Shown here one piece after another: positions 1-10,494 of a stretch of 49,461 nucleotides of DNA; position 1 is the stretch's first letter, and each line of letters opens with the position of its first letter. This DNA comes from an uncultured Nitrosopumilales archaeon. GTDB taxonomy: Archaea > Thermoproteota > Nitrososphaeria > Nitrososphaerales > CAZIZY01. The stretch covers positions 1 to 49,461 of the forward strand of contig CAZIZY010000013.1 in the NCBI GenBank assembly GCA_964544235.1, read 5' to 3'. The notes beneath the pieces were generated by a model. It did not search any database, was not told the origin of the DNA, and saw only the letters and a list, made by a program, of their open reading frames with translations. The translations under genes were made by a program, and so were the position numbers.

Positions 1-1033
1 ACCAAATCCAATAAAGAGTATTTGCTATGGGTAAATAAAGATCATTTAATTCTGAATGTGTATAGTATCCTCTTAATCCTTCAGAATATGGATGTATAGT
101 TTGACCTATTGGAAAAGTAGGTGGCATAAAATGAATTATTGGAAAAGTCTTGAAAGCTTTTTTATAATTCTCTAAATTATCTGTTAGCATAGATTTTACT
201 GGGGCTATCGTTATCCCCATCTTAATATCTTCATTATCTCTTAATCTCATTTTAATCGTTCTTTCTTCCCATCTTTCTATATTCAGTATAGTAACTTCAA
301 TTACTTCTGATCGTTTTTCATTTAATATTTGTGATAAATCTGATACATTATTTACTTCTATATCATTTACTTTCACTATGATTTCATTAATCATTATTCC
401 TGATTCTTGAGCAGGCATTCCTTCCATTGTATCAATTACTGTTAACCCGTTAACAGCTGGAGATAAACCTAATACAATCAAAAAAATTCCTAATAGACTT
501 ATCATTCCTATAATTACATTTATTGTTGGACCTGCTGATAATACTCTTAAACTTTCTCGAGCTCGAGATTCTTTCATTTTAGAATCATCTACTTCAACAA
601 ATGCTCCTATTGGTAATATTAAAAAAAATAACAATCCGCTTGATTTCACTTCAAATCCTAAACTCTTAGCTATGACTCCATGTGCTCCTTCATGAGCAAC
701 AATCCCAACTACGATTCCTATCCATCCGTAAATTATAGGTAGATAAGGATTAATTCCTGGAATAAGCAAAAGCGCTTGTGGACCTGTATCTCTTCCTGCT
801 TCACGTATATCTGGACTTGATATTAAAGCAGTTAATGTAAGTAATAAAAAAAATACTCCTATTGCCGCAATTATTGGCATTACTACAAGACTAATCCATG
901 AAGTCTTCTTAACTAATTTTTTTTTACCTAAAAAATTAAAAACTGAAGAAAATTTATCTGTTCTTAAAATTATAAATCCATATTTGAACTCTGAACGATT
1001 ATTTTTATTAATTTGATCTTGTTTATTTTCCAA
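1..1033 (-). CDS. Site-2 protease (M50 family) membrane metalloprotease with PDZ-like region, truncated by window edge
   Basis: Not in the ORF track. Translated by hand from TTG at 1033: ...IPGINPYLP...VAHEGAHG...LPIGAFVE...SAGPTIN. HExxH plus GAFVE/AGP are M50 signatures. Confidence 0.88.
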   Translation of the reverse strand, partial: MENKQDQINKNNRSEFKYGFIILRTDKFSSVFNFLGKKKLVKKTSWISLVVMPIIAAIGVFFLLLTLTALISSPDIREAGRDTGPQALLLIPGINPYLPIIYGWIGIVVGIVAHEGAHGVIAKSLGFEVKSSGLLFFLILPIGAFVEVDDSKMKESRARESLRVLSAGPTINVIIGMISLLGIFLIVLGLSPAVNGLTVIDTMEGMPAQESGIMINEIIVKVNDIEVNNVSDLSQILNEKRSEVIEVTILNIERWEERTIKMRLRDNEDIKMGITIAPVKSMLTDNLENYKKAFKTFPIIHFMPPTFPIGQTIHPYSEGLRGYYTHSELNDLYLPIANTLYWIW

Positions 1034-1063
1034 AATATTTCTACCCAGACTGTGAGACTTTAT

Positions 1064-3970
1064 TTATTCTACAAAAATAGCAGGTTTGAAAGGCTTCGCA
1101 AATGCTGCTTTACTTTTCGGATCTCTTTTTGATTCATCATTTTCTTTGTACACTTCTATCTCACATGAATATTCATTTTTATAAAATGATATAGATTCAC
1201 ATAATATTTTATATTCATTAATATTCAGAGAATTTCTTTTATCCTTAATTTCTTTTGGAATGTTAGAAATATCATTTACAATCTTCTTAACAAACTCTGA
1301 AACTTCTTTAGCATTAGATTTGAATTTTTGTTCTTTCATTAAATTTTTCATAATTTCTTGAATCGGGGCTCTCACGTCATCATTCATTCTTAAAATCTTT
1401 TGATATATTTCCATTTTCCATTCTGCGGCAACAAAATAAATTATTTTATTTGGTTTTATTTTTGTCACTCGAAGAATATTTGAAGTATCATCTAAAATTT
1501 GTTTTATAAGATCTTCACTCTCTTCGGCTTCTGGATTAATTTTTGATATATCCATTTTCGGCCATGATTCCTCTGAAATAAAACCTGATTTACCCATAGT
1601 TTCCCAAATTTCTTCACAGAAAAATGGAGCGAATGGAGATAATAACTGGATTCTAATTCTTAGCATTTCATTTAAAATAAAGTTAATTTTCGAACTTTCG
1701 TTTTTTACTGAGTTCTTTGTTCGTCGAATATACCATTGAACGTCTTGATCTAAAGAATAAACAATTTGATGTAATGCTTGTCTTACTCGAAGATTATTTA
1801 ATGAAATATCTGTTAATTCAATTGATTTATGAAGTCTTGATAACATCCATTTATCTATTAATTCCAATTCTCCTGAATATTCTTCATTTAACTTTAGATC
1901 AGATGATAGTTTGTATAATCTATCTAATCGATTCTGAAAGCTTTTAATCAATTCTATGCTCATATCTGCGTCTTGTAATAATTCTGAAGTAGACATTATA
2001 GCCAATCTTAATGGATCTGCTCCATATTCTTTTACTGCATCTTTAAGTGGAATTATATTCCCAAAAGATTTTGACATTTTTTTACCATCCATTAATACAC
2101 TTCCATTAACCATTATTCCTTTTGGCCAAAGTTTTTTTGGGAATAAAGCTGTATGAATAAATGTAAAAAATGTTAAATGATTAGGAACTAAATCTCTTCC
2201 TGAATGTCTTGCGTCTAACGGATAAAAATACTCAAATTCTTTTCGCATTTTATCTATTATTTCACTAGATAAATTAGATTCTAGAGCAATTTTATTTATA
2301 TCTCCTTTACCTAAAAATACGTAGTCAAACAATTCATCAGTTAATTCTTCAGATTTAATTGGAATGTTGTTAATAAATCCTGATATTGTATAATAAGCCA
2401 TGTAAATGACTGAATCTGAAAGACTTTCAATAATCCAATCTTTATCCCATGGTAAAGTTGTTCCCATTCCAGATTTACGAGCACATGCTTTTTCTTTTAA
2501 CCATCCGATTGTATAATCAAACTCTGGTTTAATTTCTGTTGGAATTAAGGTCATTTCATCTAAACAGTTTCTAGTTCGTTCTTTCCATTCTTGTTCTCCA
2601 TAATTTATGAACCATTGTTTTTCTAACGTTCTTACTACGCATTCTGTCCCACATCTGCATAGTACGGGACTGTTCATTATATAATACGTTAAATCTGCAA
2701 TATTATTATCAATCATATCATCTTTTATTTCTTCTTTTGCCTCGTTGACTGAAACATTAGCATATTTTTCTATCCTCTCATTCATTTTACCATTGTGAAA
2801 TTCATGTGCGTATAGCTCTGCAGTTATTTCTTCTAATTTATTATCATTTTGACCTTTAATTTCATTTTTATCTATAATTTCCTTAGCAGGTATCTCTCCA
2901 TATCCTTCCGAATAAATGACTGGAATTGGTTTGATACCTTCAATATCTTTTATATCAAAATTCGACTCATCTATTTTAATAGTTTTTTTGAAATCTTCTA
3001 AAGCCTGAAAATCATATGGCGCATGTGCTGGTACTGACATAACTATTCCCGTTCCATTTTTAGGATCGACAAATGAAGCTGGTAATAGCGGAATCTCAGT
3101 TTCAGTCATTGGATTTAAAGCATTCTTACCAATTAATTCTTTAACTGAAAATGAATTAATTTTTCCGGTATTCTTAATGTGTTTAATGTTATTTGCAGCT
3201 TCTTTAGTTAAAATCCATTTTTCATTATCTATTTCAATTTCAACATATTCTGAATCAGGATTTAGCCAAATATTTGTTACTCCAAAAATAGTTTCAGGTC
3301 TTAAAGTAGCTGTTGGGATTATTTTATCATCATACCTGAATTTAATTATGGTATATTGTCCGATTTCTGGTTCTATATCTCCTATGGTATCATGTTGCCC
3401 AACAGGATTTCCATCATTAGGACACCAACCTACTGGATGACTGCCTTGAGATATATGTCCTTTTGATTTAAGTTGACGAAATTGCCATTCAATAAATTTA
3501 TTATAGGGTTGATCTACTGTTGTAAACTCTCTTCTCCAATCAATTGAATACCCAATATTGATCATTCCTTGTTTAATTTCTTGATGAAAGTAATTTGCAA
3601 TTGCTATTGGTTCTTTAAACTCTCTTAAAGAGGATTCTTTAACTTTATAGATATTTTTAAATGTAGATATAAGATCCGAATCTCCAGACTCTAATCTTTT
3701 AGCCATTGCTAAAATCGGTGTACCTGTATAATGAAATCCCATTGGAAAAAGAACATTGTATCCTTTCATTCTTTTATATCGAGCGTTAACATCTGCTAAA
3801 GTGTATGTTCTCGCATGACCTATGTGCTGGGGTGAATTTGGATATGGATATGCTACCGTTAAAAAATACTTCTTTTTATTTCTGTTTATATCTATTTCAA
3901 AAATTTTAGCGTCGTTCCATCTTTTAATCCATTTATCTTGAATTTCTTTCCATTTTATATCTGATTTCAT
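1064..3970 (-). CDS. leuS: Leucine--tRNA ligase (archaeal type)
   Basis: AYPYPN..HIGH, TLRPET, GTGIVMSVPAHAP and KMSKS motifs; 968 aa. Confidence 0.97.
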   Translation of the reverse strand: MKSDIKWKEIQDKWIKRWNDAKIFEIDINRNKKKYFLTVAYPYPNSPQHIGHARTYTLADVNARYKRMKGYNVLFPMGFHYTGTPILAMAKRLESGDSDLISTFKNIYKVKESSLREFKEPIAIANYFHQEIKQGMINIGYSIDWRREFTTVDQPYNKFIEWQFRQLKSKGHISQGSHPVGWCPNDGNPVGQHDTIGDIEPEIGQYTIIKFRYDDKIIPTATLRPETIFGVTNIWLNPDSEYVEIEIDNEKWILTKEAANNIKHIKNTGKINSFSVKELIGKNALNPMTETEIPLLPASFVDPKNGTGIVMSVPAHAPYDFQALEDFKKTIKIDESNFDIKDIEGIKPIPVIYSEGYGEIPAKEIIDKNEIKGQNDNKLEEITAELYAHEFHNGKMNERIEKYANVSVNEAKEEIKDDMIDNNIADLTYYIMNSPVLCRCGTECVVRTLEKQWFINYGEQEWKERTRNCLDEMTLIPTEIKPEFDYTIGWLKEKACARKSGMGTTLPWDKDWIIESLSDSVIYMAYYTISGFINNIPIKSEELTDELFDYVFLGKGDINKIALESNLSSEIIDKMRKEFEYFYPLDARHSGRDLVPNHLTFFTFIHTALFPKKLWPKGIMVNGSVLMDGKKMSKSFGNIIPLKDAVKEYGADPLRLAIMSTSELLQDADMSIELIKSFQNRLDRLYKLSSDLKLNEEYSGELELIDKWMLSRLHKSIELTDISLNNLRVRQALHQIVYSLDQDVQWYIRRTKNSVKNESSKINFILNEMLRIRIQLLSPFAPFFCEEIWETMGKSGFISEESWPKMDISKINPEAEESEDLIKQILDDTSNILRVTKIKPNKIIYFVAAEWKMEIYQKILRMNDDVRAPIQEIMKNLMKEQKFKSNAKEVSEFVKKIVNDISNIPKEIKDKRNSLNINEYKILCESISFYKNEYSCEIEVYKENDESKRDPKSKAAFAKPFKPAIFVE

Positions 3971-3996
3971 ATGATATTCCTCATAATTTTCTTTTA

Positions 3997-6729
3997 TTAT
4001 TTTGAGATAACATTATTAATTATCTGTAAAACTGTTTCTTTAACATCTTTTATTTTTTTAACATTTTCTCCTCCACCTTGACCAAATCTTGAGTCTCCTC
4101 CACCTGATCCTCCTACTATTTTAGATGCCTCTTTAACAATTTCTCCAGCTCTAATTCCTTTGGAGATAGCTTCTTTTCCTACAAAAACAAATACTTTGAC
4201 CATTTTTCCTTTGTTCGCTAAACCTACATAAATTAATTTAGGCTCATTCATTATTGAAGAGTTCCCTAATTCAATGTGATATTCTTCATCTAAATCATAG
4301 TCCGAATTAAAATAGAGTTCAACATCTTTAATTTGGATTGCTTTTGAAGAAATTTTCTCTAATTTTAATTCTATCAATTCTTTTAATAAAATCTTCTTTC
4401 CTTTTTTCAAGTCTTCAAGTTGTGAAATAGTATTTGTAACTGCTTCAACAACTTTTCCACGTTGAGACTCTAAACTTTTAGCAATATCTTCTATATTCTT
4501 TTCTTGATTTTGTAATAATGAAAGAGCAATGTTTCCTGCAACAAATTCTAACCTTTCTACACCATCTTGTATTCTTTCACTTTTTAGAATCTTAATCAAT
4601 CCGATTTCTCCCGTTCGATTTACATGTGTTCCACCGCATGCTTCCACATCTACATCTAAGATATTCACTATTCTGATTTCTTTACCTGGAACCACTCCTC
4701 CTTGATATATTCTAAAATCATATTTATTTTCAGCATCAGCTCTATCAAAAAACTCTTTTTTTACTGGGATATCATTCATCACAATTTCGTTAGCCATTTT
4801 TTCAATCTCTAAGATTTCTTTTTTTTCTAGATGAGCGTGATGGGTTATGTCTAATCTAGCTATATCTATATCTTTAAATGAAGAATGTTGCCAAACCCAT
4901 GATCCGAGAACTTTTTTAGCTGAGGCATTAATAATATGTGTTGCTGTGTGATGTTTTTTCAGTATTTCTCTTCTAGTCTTATCAATAGTGCCTTTGATTA
5001 AATCCCCTTCATTTAATTCCTTTATATTATCTACTTGATGAAGTACAACTTCTCCTGATTTTATTACATCATTAACATTAACCAATCCTATTTTCCCATG
5101 ATCTGGCTCTTGACCTCCTGATCTAGGATAAAAGGCTGATTCTTTTAGTACCACGAATTTATTATCTATTATTTTTAGTATTCTAGATTCAAATTCTAGA
5201 CAATCCTGGTCCTGAAAATAAAGTAATTTCGTTTTTGGAACGTCTAATACCTCATTATTTAATTCTTCTTTCTTTGATTTTTCTGAAAGATGGGTTGAAG
5301 ATACTTTAGTGTAAAAATCTTGAGGAATACTGTCTATTGCACCATTTTCTTTTAATAATTCCGGAGTTATTCCATCACTATCATATAGTTTTACCAGATC
5401 ATTGTCCGTTAGAGACTTTTTAGATTTTAATAATGATTCTATAGTTTTATTTACGCGATTAGTGGAATTATTTAATCTGTCTTCTTCAACATTTAATATT
5501 GTTTTTATTTCTTTTTTATGTTCTCTCAATTCTGGAAAAATATTTGATAAATAATCAACATGTAAATTAGCTATATCTTCTAAGTCTACTTTCCATCCAT
5601 ATTTCTTAATTAATGTTGCTGCTCTTCGTAGTATTACTCTTAGATTATATCCTCCTCCAACGTTACTTGGTAATCCTCCATCAGATATTGCAAATACTAA
5701 AGTACGAACATGATCAGTTACTGCATACAATGATTCTATTGGCTCCATTATTGATGATAATTCTTTATGTGTCATGTTTAATTTTTTGGCGATTTCAATC
5801 TTTGAACCAACAACATCATGAGTTTCTTCTATATTTAATGTTCCAGCCAACTTAAAATACTCAATTAATAATTCTTTTTCATAATTTATTTTGCAAATAT
5901 TCTTTAATTCTTCAAGAACAGGACCAAATGTTGACTCATAGCTTGTAGGAGTACCTTGAGTCATCCATGTGAATCTTTCTAATCCTGCTCCCATATCCAC
6001 AACTTTTTCTTTCATAATGTTGTAATTATCTGGCGTCCCTTCGAATTCAGTAAACACCGCATTTCCAATTTCAAGACCTTTAACATAATATTCTAATGAA
6101 AACCCAAATGCACCATATCCTACCCATACATCTTCTACAAAGACTATATCTTTAGGATCGATTGCAAAGACGCTAGTTAAAAGCTCATAATCAAGGTCAA
6201 TACAATTATCTTTATAGTATCCCTCATTATTTAGGATACTATGTTGACCGATCATGCATAATGATGTATTATGTTTACCTGTTATTCCAACGTTAGCTAT
6301 GTCGTTAAATCTTAAACATATTTGAGGTACGATAAGTGGATTTGCAGGAAGATCAAATATTACCCTGTCTCCTTCTATTCTTTGAAAATCTATTATTGAT
6401 GCTACTGTAAAATATAAGTCAGGTCGCCATCTACAAACAACTGGGTATCTTCTTATACTTGAATGTCCTTTCTTAACAAAAAATCCTTCTATTTCTTTCC
6501 ATGTTTCAATGTAATCCATTTTTTTTGATGTTGGTGGATTTCCTAAAAACTCATAAAGTTGACAAGTTTGTTGTGGGCATTTTTCTCGTGACGAATCTAA
6601 AGTCCAAAAGAATGTCCCACAATTTGAACATGCTTTACGATCAAAATTCTTTTGTTCAAAGAGATTAACTTTATAATATTTATTTGGATCTGTAGAAAAC
6701 TTTTGCTGAAGATCCTTCTTTGTTGACAT
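3997..6729 (-). CDS. alaS: Alanine--tRNA ligase (archaeal type)
   Basis: RYPVVCRW, GLEIGNAVF, VDMGAGLER, editing motifs HTATH and CGGTH, C-terminal GGSGGG. Confidence 0.97.
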   Translation of the reverse strand: MSTKKDLQQKFSTDPNKYYKVNLFEQKNFDRKACSNCGTFFWTLDSSREKCPQQTCQLYEFLGNPPTSKKMDYIETWKEIEGFFVKKGHSSIRRYPVVCRWRPDLYFTVASIIDFQRIEGDRVIFDLPANPLIVPQICLRFNDIANVGITGKHNTSLCMIGQHSILNNEGYYKDNCIDLDYELLTSVFAIDPKDIVFVEDVWVGYGAFGFSLEYYVKGLEIGNAVFTEFEGTPDNYNIMKEKVVDMGAGLERFTWMTQGTPTSYESTFGPVLEELKNICKINYEKELLIEYFKLAGTLNIEETHDVVGSKIEIAKKLNMTHKELSSIMEPIESLYAVTDHVRTLVFAISDGGLPSNVGGGYNLRVILRRAATLIKKYGWKVDLEDIANLHVDYLSNIFPELREHKKEIKTILNVEEDRLNNSTNRVNKTIESLLKSKKSLTDNDLVKLYDSDGITPELLKENGAIDSIPQDFYTKVSSTHLSEKSKKEELNNEVLDVPKTKLLYFQDQDCLEFESRILKIIDNKFVVLKESAFYPRSGGQEPDHGKIGLVNVNDVIKSGEVVLHQVDNIKELNEGDLIKGTIDKTRREILKKHHTATHIINASAKKVLGSWVWQHSSFKDIDIARLDITHHAHLEKKEILEIEKMANEIVMNDIPVKKEFFDRADAENKYDFRIYQGGVVPGKEIRIVNILDVDVEACGGTHVNRTGEIGLIKILKSERIQDGVERLEFVAGNIALSLLQNQEKNIEDIAKSLESQRGKVVEAVTNTISQLEDLKKGKKILLKELIELKLEKISSKAIQIKDVELYFNSDYDLDEEYHIELGNSSIMNEPKLIYVGLANKGKMVKVFVFVGKEAISKGIRAGEIVKEASKIVGGSGGGDSRFGQGGGENVKKIKDVKETVLQIINNVISK

Positions 6730-6836
6730 GTCTATTTGATCATTGTATTATCAGAGCTTAATATCAATTTTTAGTCTAATTCTATTAATTACTAGTTAAA
6801 TACTACTAGCTTTTCTTAAAACCAGATATCTGATTA

Positions 6837-7574
6837 ATGAATCCAATAACTCTTGCATTATTAGGCCTATTCTTGTTTTATGGCCTCATGTATGTTATGG
6901 GGTGTCTTGTATACTACAAAAATGTGAAAGTTAATTATACCCGAAAAATAGGTCATTTCAGTATTTTCTTTATTCCAATATTCGCTGAATATTTTTTTCT
7001 TGATGGAGGAAATGGAATAACGAGTCTTCCATTCTTTTTATCTATTCTTATTGTAATTCATCCAAGTGTAAGAAGTAAATCTTCTTTCTTACAGAGATCA
7101 TTTTTGGCTCTTGATCGACCAGAGGATAGACCTTATACAGTTCGTTGGTTCTATACACAAGCTTTTACCACATTTATCGCAATTGTAATTCTAGTTATTT
7201 TAGCTACAGAACTTAAAGTTGATTGGTTTGGGATGAATCTTCTTTTAATTCCTCTTACTGCTATAGGAGATGGACTTGCAGAACCTATTGGTGTTCGTTT
7301 TGGAAAACATAAATACAGATCATTTAGCTTATTTCCACTTATAAAAAATAAATACTATCGAACTTTAGAAGGAAGCGCAGCAGTTTATATTTCGAGCTTA
7401 TTTGTATTATTATTTTATAGAAATTTCTTTATAATATCTCAATTTACATACGCATTACTTTTACTACCAATAATAGTAACTATTGCTGAAGCTATTTCTC
7501 CACATACTCAAGATTCGGCTTTCCTAAATTTATCAGCTGGAATTGGAATAATTCTTATCAAGCTGTTTATTTAA
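6837..7574 (+). CDS. Phytol/dolichol kinase-like CTP-dependent polyprenol kinase, integral membrane
   Basis: RKIGH, GDGLAEPIGVRFG and RTLEGS motifs; multiple TM segments. Confidence 0.75.
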   Translation: MNPITLALLGLFLFYGLMYVMGCLVYYKNVKVNYTRKIGHFSIFFIPIFAEYFFLDGGNGITSLPFFLSILIVIHPSVRSKSSFLQRSFLALDRPEDRPYTVRWFYTQAFTTFIAIVILVILATELKVDWFGMNLLLIPLTAIGDGLAEPIGVRFGKHKYRSFSLFPLIKNKYYRTLEGSAAVYISSLFVLLFYRNFFIISQFTYALLLLPIIVTIAEAISPHTQDSAFLNLSAGIGIILIKLFI

Positions 7575-7582
7575 AAAATTAT

Positions 7583-7804
7583 TTAAGGCAAGTTTTTTTT
7601 ATAAATTTGCTTTAAAGCGATTTTCACGCTATCATTTTGATTAATTGAATTTTCTTTTATTGCTTTTTCCCAAAATGATAAAATCTTTTTCCTATAATTT
7701 GAATACTCTGGATATGTTCCTTTCATTTCGGTATCCTTCACATCCTTAATATATTGAGTGAGATTTCTTTTTTTACTAATTAAAAACCCATTTTTTTCAC
7801 TCAT
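7583..7804 (-). CDS. Small hypothetical protein
   Basis: ATG-initiated 73-aa ORF filling the gap downstream of panB; no motif recognised. Confidence 0.5.
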   Translation of the reverse strand: MSEKNGFLISKKRNLTQYIKDVKDTEMKGTYPEYSNYRKKILSFWEKAIKENSINQNDSVKIALKQIYKKNLP

Positions 7805-7838
7805 TATATACCGCCGTATAAATTATTATGAGGTTTTA

Positions 7839-8684
7839 TTATTTAATTTTTTTTAAAAGTTTTTCATATTCATTCTTATTCATGTAAAATGAGTTATTAT
7901 CTTTAGGAAACTCATTTTCTATTACTTCTTTTTTATATTGGTTTAAAGCTTTAGTGATATTACTCCGAAGATTGGCATAACGCTTAAGAAATATTCTTTT
8001 CTTTTCGTCAAATCCTAAAAGATCATGCCATACTAATATCTGACCATCGCAATTAGGACCTGAACCTATTCCTATTATCGGTACTTTAGTGTTATCCATT
8101 ATAATTTTAGATACTTCATTAGGAACCATTTCTAATACAATTGAAAACACTCCCGATTCTTCGATTGACTTAGCGTCCTGAATTATTTTTTCAGCCTCTT
8201 TTGAATCTTGACCTGATCTTTTAAATCCCTTTGATAATGATGCTGATTGAGGTAATAATCCTATATGTCCCATTACTGGGATTCCTGCTTTAACTAATTT
8301 TTTGATTAAACCCGCATATTCAGATCCTCCTTCAATCTTAACAGCATTCACATTAGTTTCTTTAATTAATTTACCTGCATTCAATATTGCTAATTCATCT
8401 GAAACCTGATATGATAAAAAGGGCATATCTGAAATTATGATGGTATTTTTAGCAGCTCTAGTTACTGCTTTAGAAAACAATATCATTTCTTCGATAGTTA
8501 TTTGGACTGTATTATTATGACCTAACATTACCATTGCAGCCGAATCGCCTACTAATATGGCATCTATATCTGATTCTTCAGCTAATGATGCTGAATGAAA
8601 ATCATATGCAGTAGTCATGCATATTTTTCTTTTCCCTTTCAACATCGTAAAATCCTGTAATGTATTTGGTTTAATCACTGACAT
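7839..8684 (-). CDS. panB: 3-methyl-2-oxobutanoate hydroxymethyltransferase
   Basis: TAYD, ILVGDS, DMPF, VKIEGG, GHIGLLPQ, GIGSG..CDGQILV. Confidence 0.97.
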   Translation of the reverse strand: MSVIKPNTLQDFTMLKGKRKICMTTAYDFHSASLAEESDIDAILVGDSAAMVMLGHNNTVQITIEEMILFSKAVTRAAKNTIIISDMPFLSYQVSDELAILNAGKLIKETNVNAVKIEGGSEYAGLIKKLVKAGIPVMGHIGLLPQSASLSKGFKRSGQDSKEAEKIIQDAKSIEESGVFSIVLEMVPNEVSKIIMDNTKVPIIGIGSGPNCDGQILVWHDLLGFDEKKRIFLKRYANLRSNITKALNQYKKEVIENEFPKDNNSFYMNKNEYEKLLKKIK

Positions 8685-8688
8685 TTTT

Positions 8689-9468
8689 TTACACTCTCTT
8701 TGAAGCTTTTTCTAAGTTATTTAACATTCTTAACACTACTTTAGAAATATTATCTTTATTATCAAATGATTCCTTTATCTCTTTTAATTCTTTATTCGAT
8801 AATGATTTCATTTTATTAGCTTCTTTAATTAAAATGGGCATTATTCTTACAATATTATCCACTATCGTTATATCTGATGATCTCGAAGTTCGAGATAACG
8901 GATTTAAGTCTATTGTAATTACTGTTTTCCCCATTTTTTTTAACGCTTCAGCTCTATCTCCATCTTCTAGCGGAATTAAAACTACATCTGATATGAAAAT
9001 ACCTTTACTATCTACTGTTCTTCTAGTACTTTTGATTTCAGAAATTATCTTCTGATCATGTTCGTTAATTCCTAGTATTTCTTGTGCTCCTTCTTCTACT
9101 AGTTTTTTATTTATTTCCTTAATTCTCTTTTTATTACCATAAAAAAGATTAACTTCGAGTTTAGCTCCTGTAATTCTTGATAATTTAACTAATTCATTGG
9201 GACAAAGGGCTATTGAATTGCCGTTTACAGAAATTATTGCAAGTTTCGCTAATAAAATAGTGGCAATTGCAGCTTTACTGGCTTTAATTGATTCTTCACA
9301 GGTCTCTTCGCCTAAAATATAATCAAATGCTTCTCCACGCCCATGTGCAATTAATCCGGCAGATGCAACTACTTTATTTTCGAATGATTCAGTTATTTTC
9401 TTTCTAATAATTAATGAATGATACCTGGGATGATCTTTTCGAATTTCTTTAGCTTGAGTATGCACCAT
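8689..9468 (-). CDS. pps: Phosphopantothenate synthetase (archaeal PPS)
   Basis: HPRY, AHGRGEAFDY, PLEDGDR, IDLNPLSRT; adjacent to pantoate kinase. Confidence 0.93.
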   Translation of the reverse strand: MVHTQAKEIRKDHPRYHSLIIRKKITESFENKVVASAGLIAHGRGEAFDYILGEETCEESIKASKAAIATILLAKLAIISVNGNSIALCPNELVKLSRITGAKLEVNLFYGNKKRIKEINKKLVEEGAQEILGINEHDQKIISEIKSTRRTVDSKGIFISDVVLIPLEDGDRAEALKKMGKTVITIDLNPLSRTSRSSDITIVDNIVRIMPILIKEANKMKSLSNKELKEIKESFDNKDNISKVVLRMLNNLEKASKRV

Positions 9469-10348
9469 TATTATCCACCTTTGAAATTATTATTTGAACT
9501 TCATTTTGGATCGGCTCTAAATAATTTATAATTCTTGATACCTCTTTCTTTTCTATAAGAGTAAACACTCCTTCTCCAAACATTATCATTCCTGAATTAT
9601 ATCCTAATTCTTCGAATTTAGTTAGAGCCTTATTCACTCTCGGTGTCATTAAACCTATGCTCTTGGTAAATTCAGAAGAACATTTAAGAAATGTTTCTAC
9701 ATCGGGACTTTCTATAAGGCGATTTAAAAGAGGTCGACCTATTATATTTATTCGTTCTCTTAATACTTCATTATTTAACATTTTTGAGGTAGGCATTGGA
9801 CCATATACTAAAGCAACGCATATTAAATCAGCAGTTAATGGGATTTTATTAATTTCTCCAATTCCTGGTGCTCCAGCAACTGATCTAAGATCAATTCCTC
9901 CTTCTAATTCAGCTGATACAGTTCCTAATCCTGTTCTTACTGATACTTCTGCTTCATGAGCTAATTGTGCTGCTTCTACTCTAGTCATTCCTAACTCTAA
10001 TATTTCATTTAATGCAAGACTTAGGCTTAATGCTCCTGCACCACTTGTTCCAAAACCTGATCCGATTGGAAGATCCGTATAATGATTAACTTTAACGCTA
10101 TATGATTCACTCAAATTTTTTAATGCTTTTTCAATGACATATTTTGATGTATGCGCGTCTGCTCTTTCCAAATTATTAATTCTTATTTGGATTTCTTTTT
10201 TCTTATTTTGCTTTACACAAACTTTACTAATTACTCCTTCACTTATATTGACTCCAGCGCCTATAGATCCTGCTTTCAATATTTCTTTTTCCATACATAT
10301 TGAAAATAAACCTGTTATATGTCCTGGAGAAAAAGCTTTACTTTCCAC
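9449..10348 (-). CDS. pok: Pantoate kinase (GHMP family)
   Basis: PGHITG, GSIGAG, PIGSGFGTSGA, AHEAEV..TGLGTV, GAPG. Confidence 0.93.
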   Translation of the reverse strand: MESKAFSPGHITGLFSICMEKEILKAGSIGAGVNISEGVISKVCVKQNKKKEIQIRINNLERADAHTSKYVIEKALKNLSESYSVKVNHYTDLPIGSGFGTSGAGALSLSLALNEILELGMTRVEAAQLAHEAEVSVRTGLGTVSAELEGGIDLRSVAGAPGIGEINKIPLTADLICVALVYGPMPTSKMLNNEVLRERINIIGRPLLNRLIESPDVETFLKCSSEFTKSIGLMTPRVNKALTKFEELGYNSGMIMFGEGVFTLIEKKEVSRIINYLEPIQNEVQIIISKVDNNGAYSS

Positions 10349-10494
10349 AAGTTATTGACTATATTTAATCACATATTAAAATAGTCTATAAAAACTATAT
10401 AGATCTATATATTATTAGTTATCAATTCTTATTTTCCATTCACTAAATTATAGAAAAACCCATTTAAATCATTCAAAATATTTTATTAATAAAT

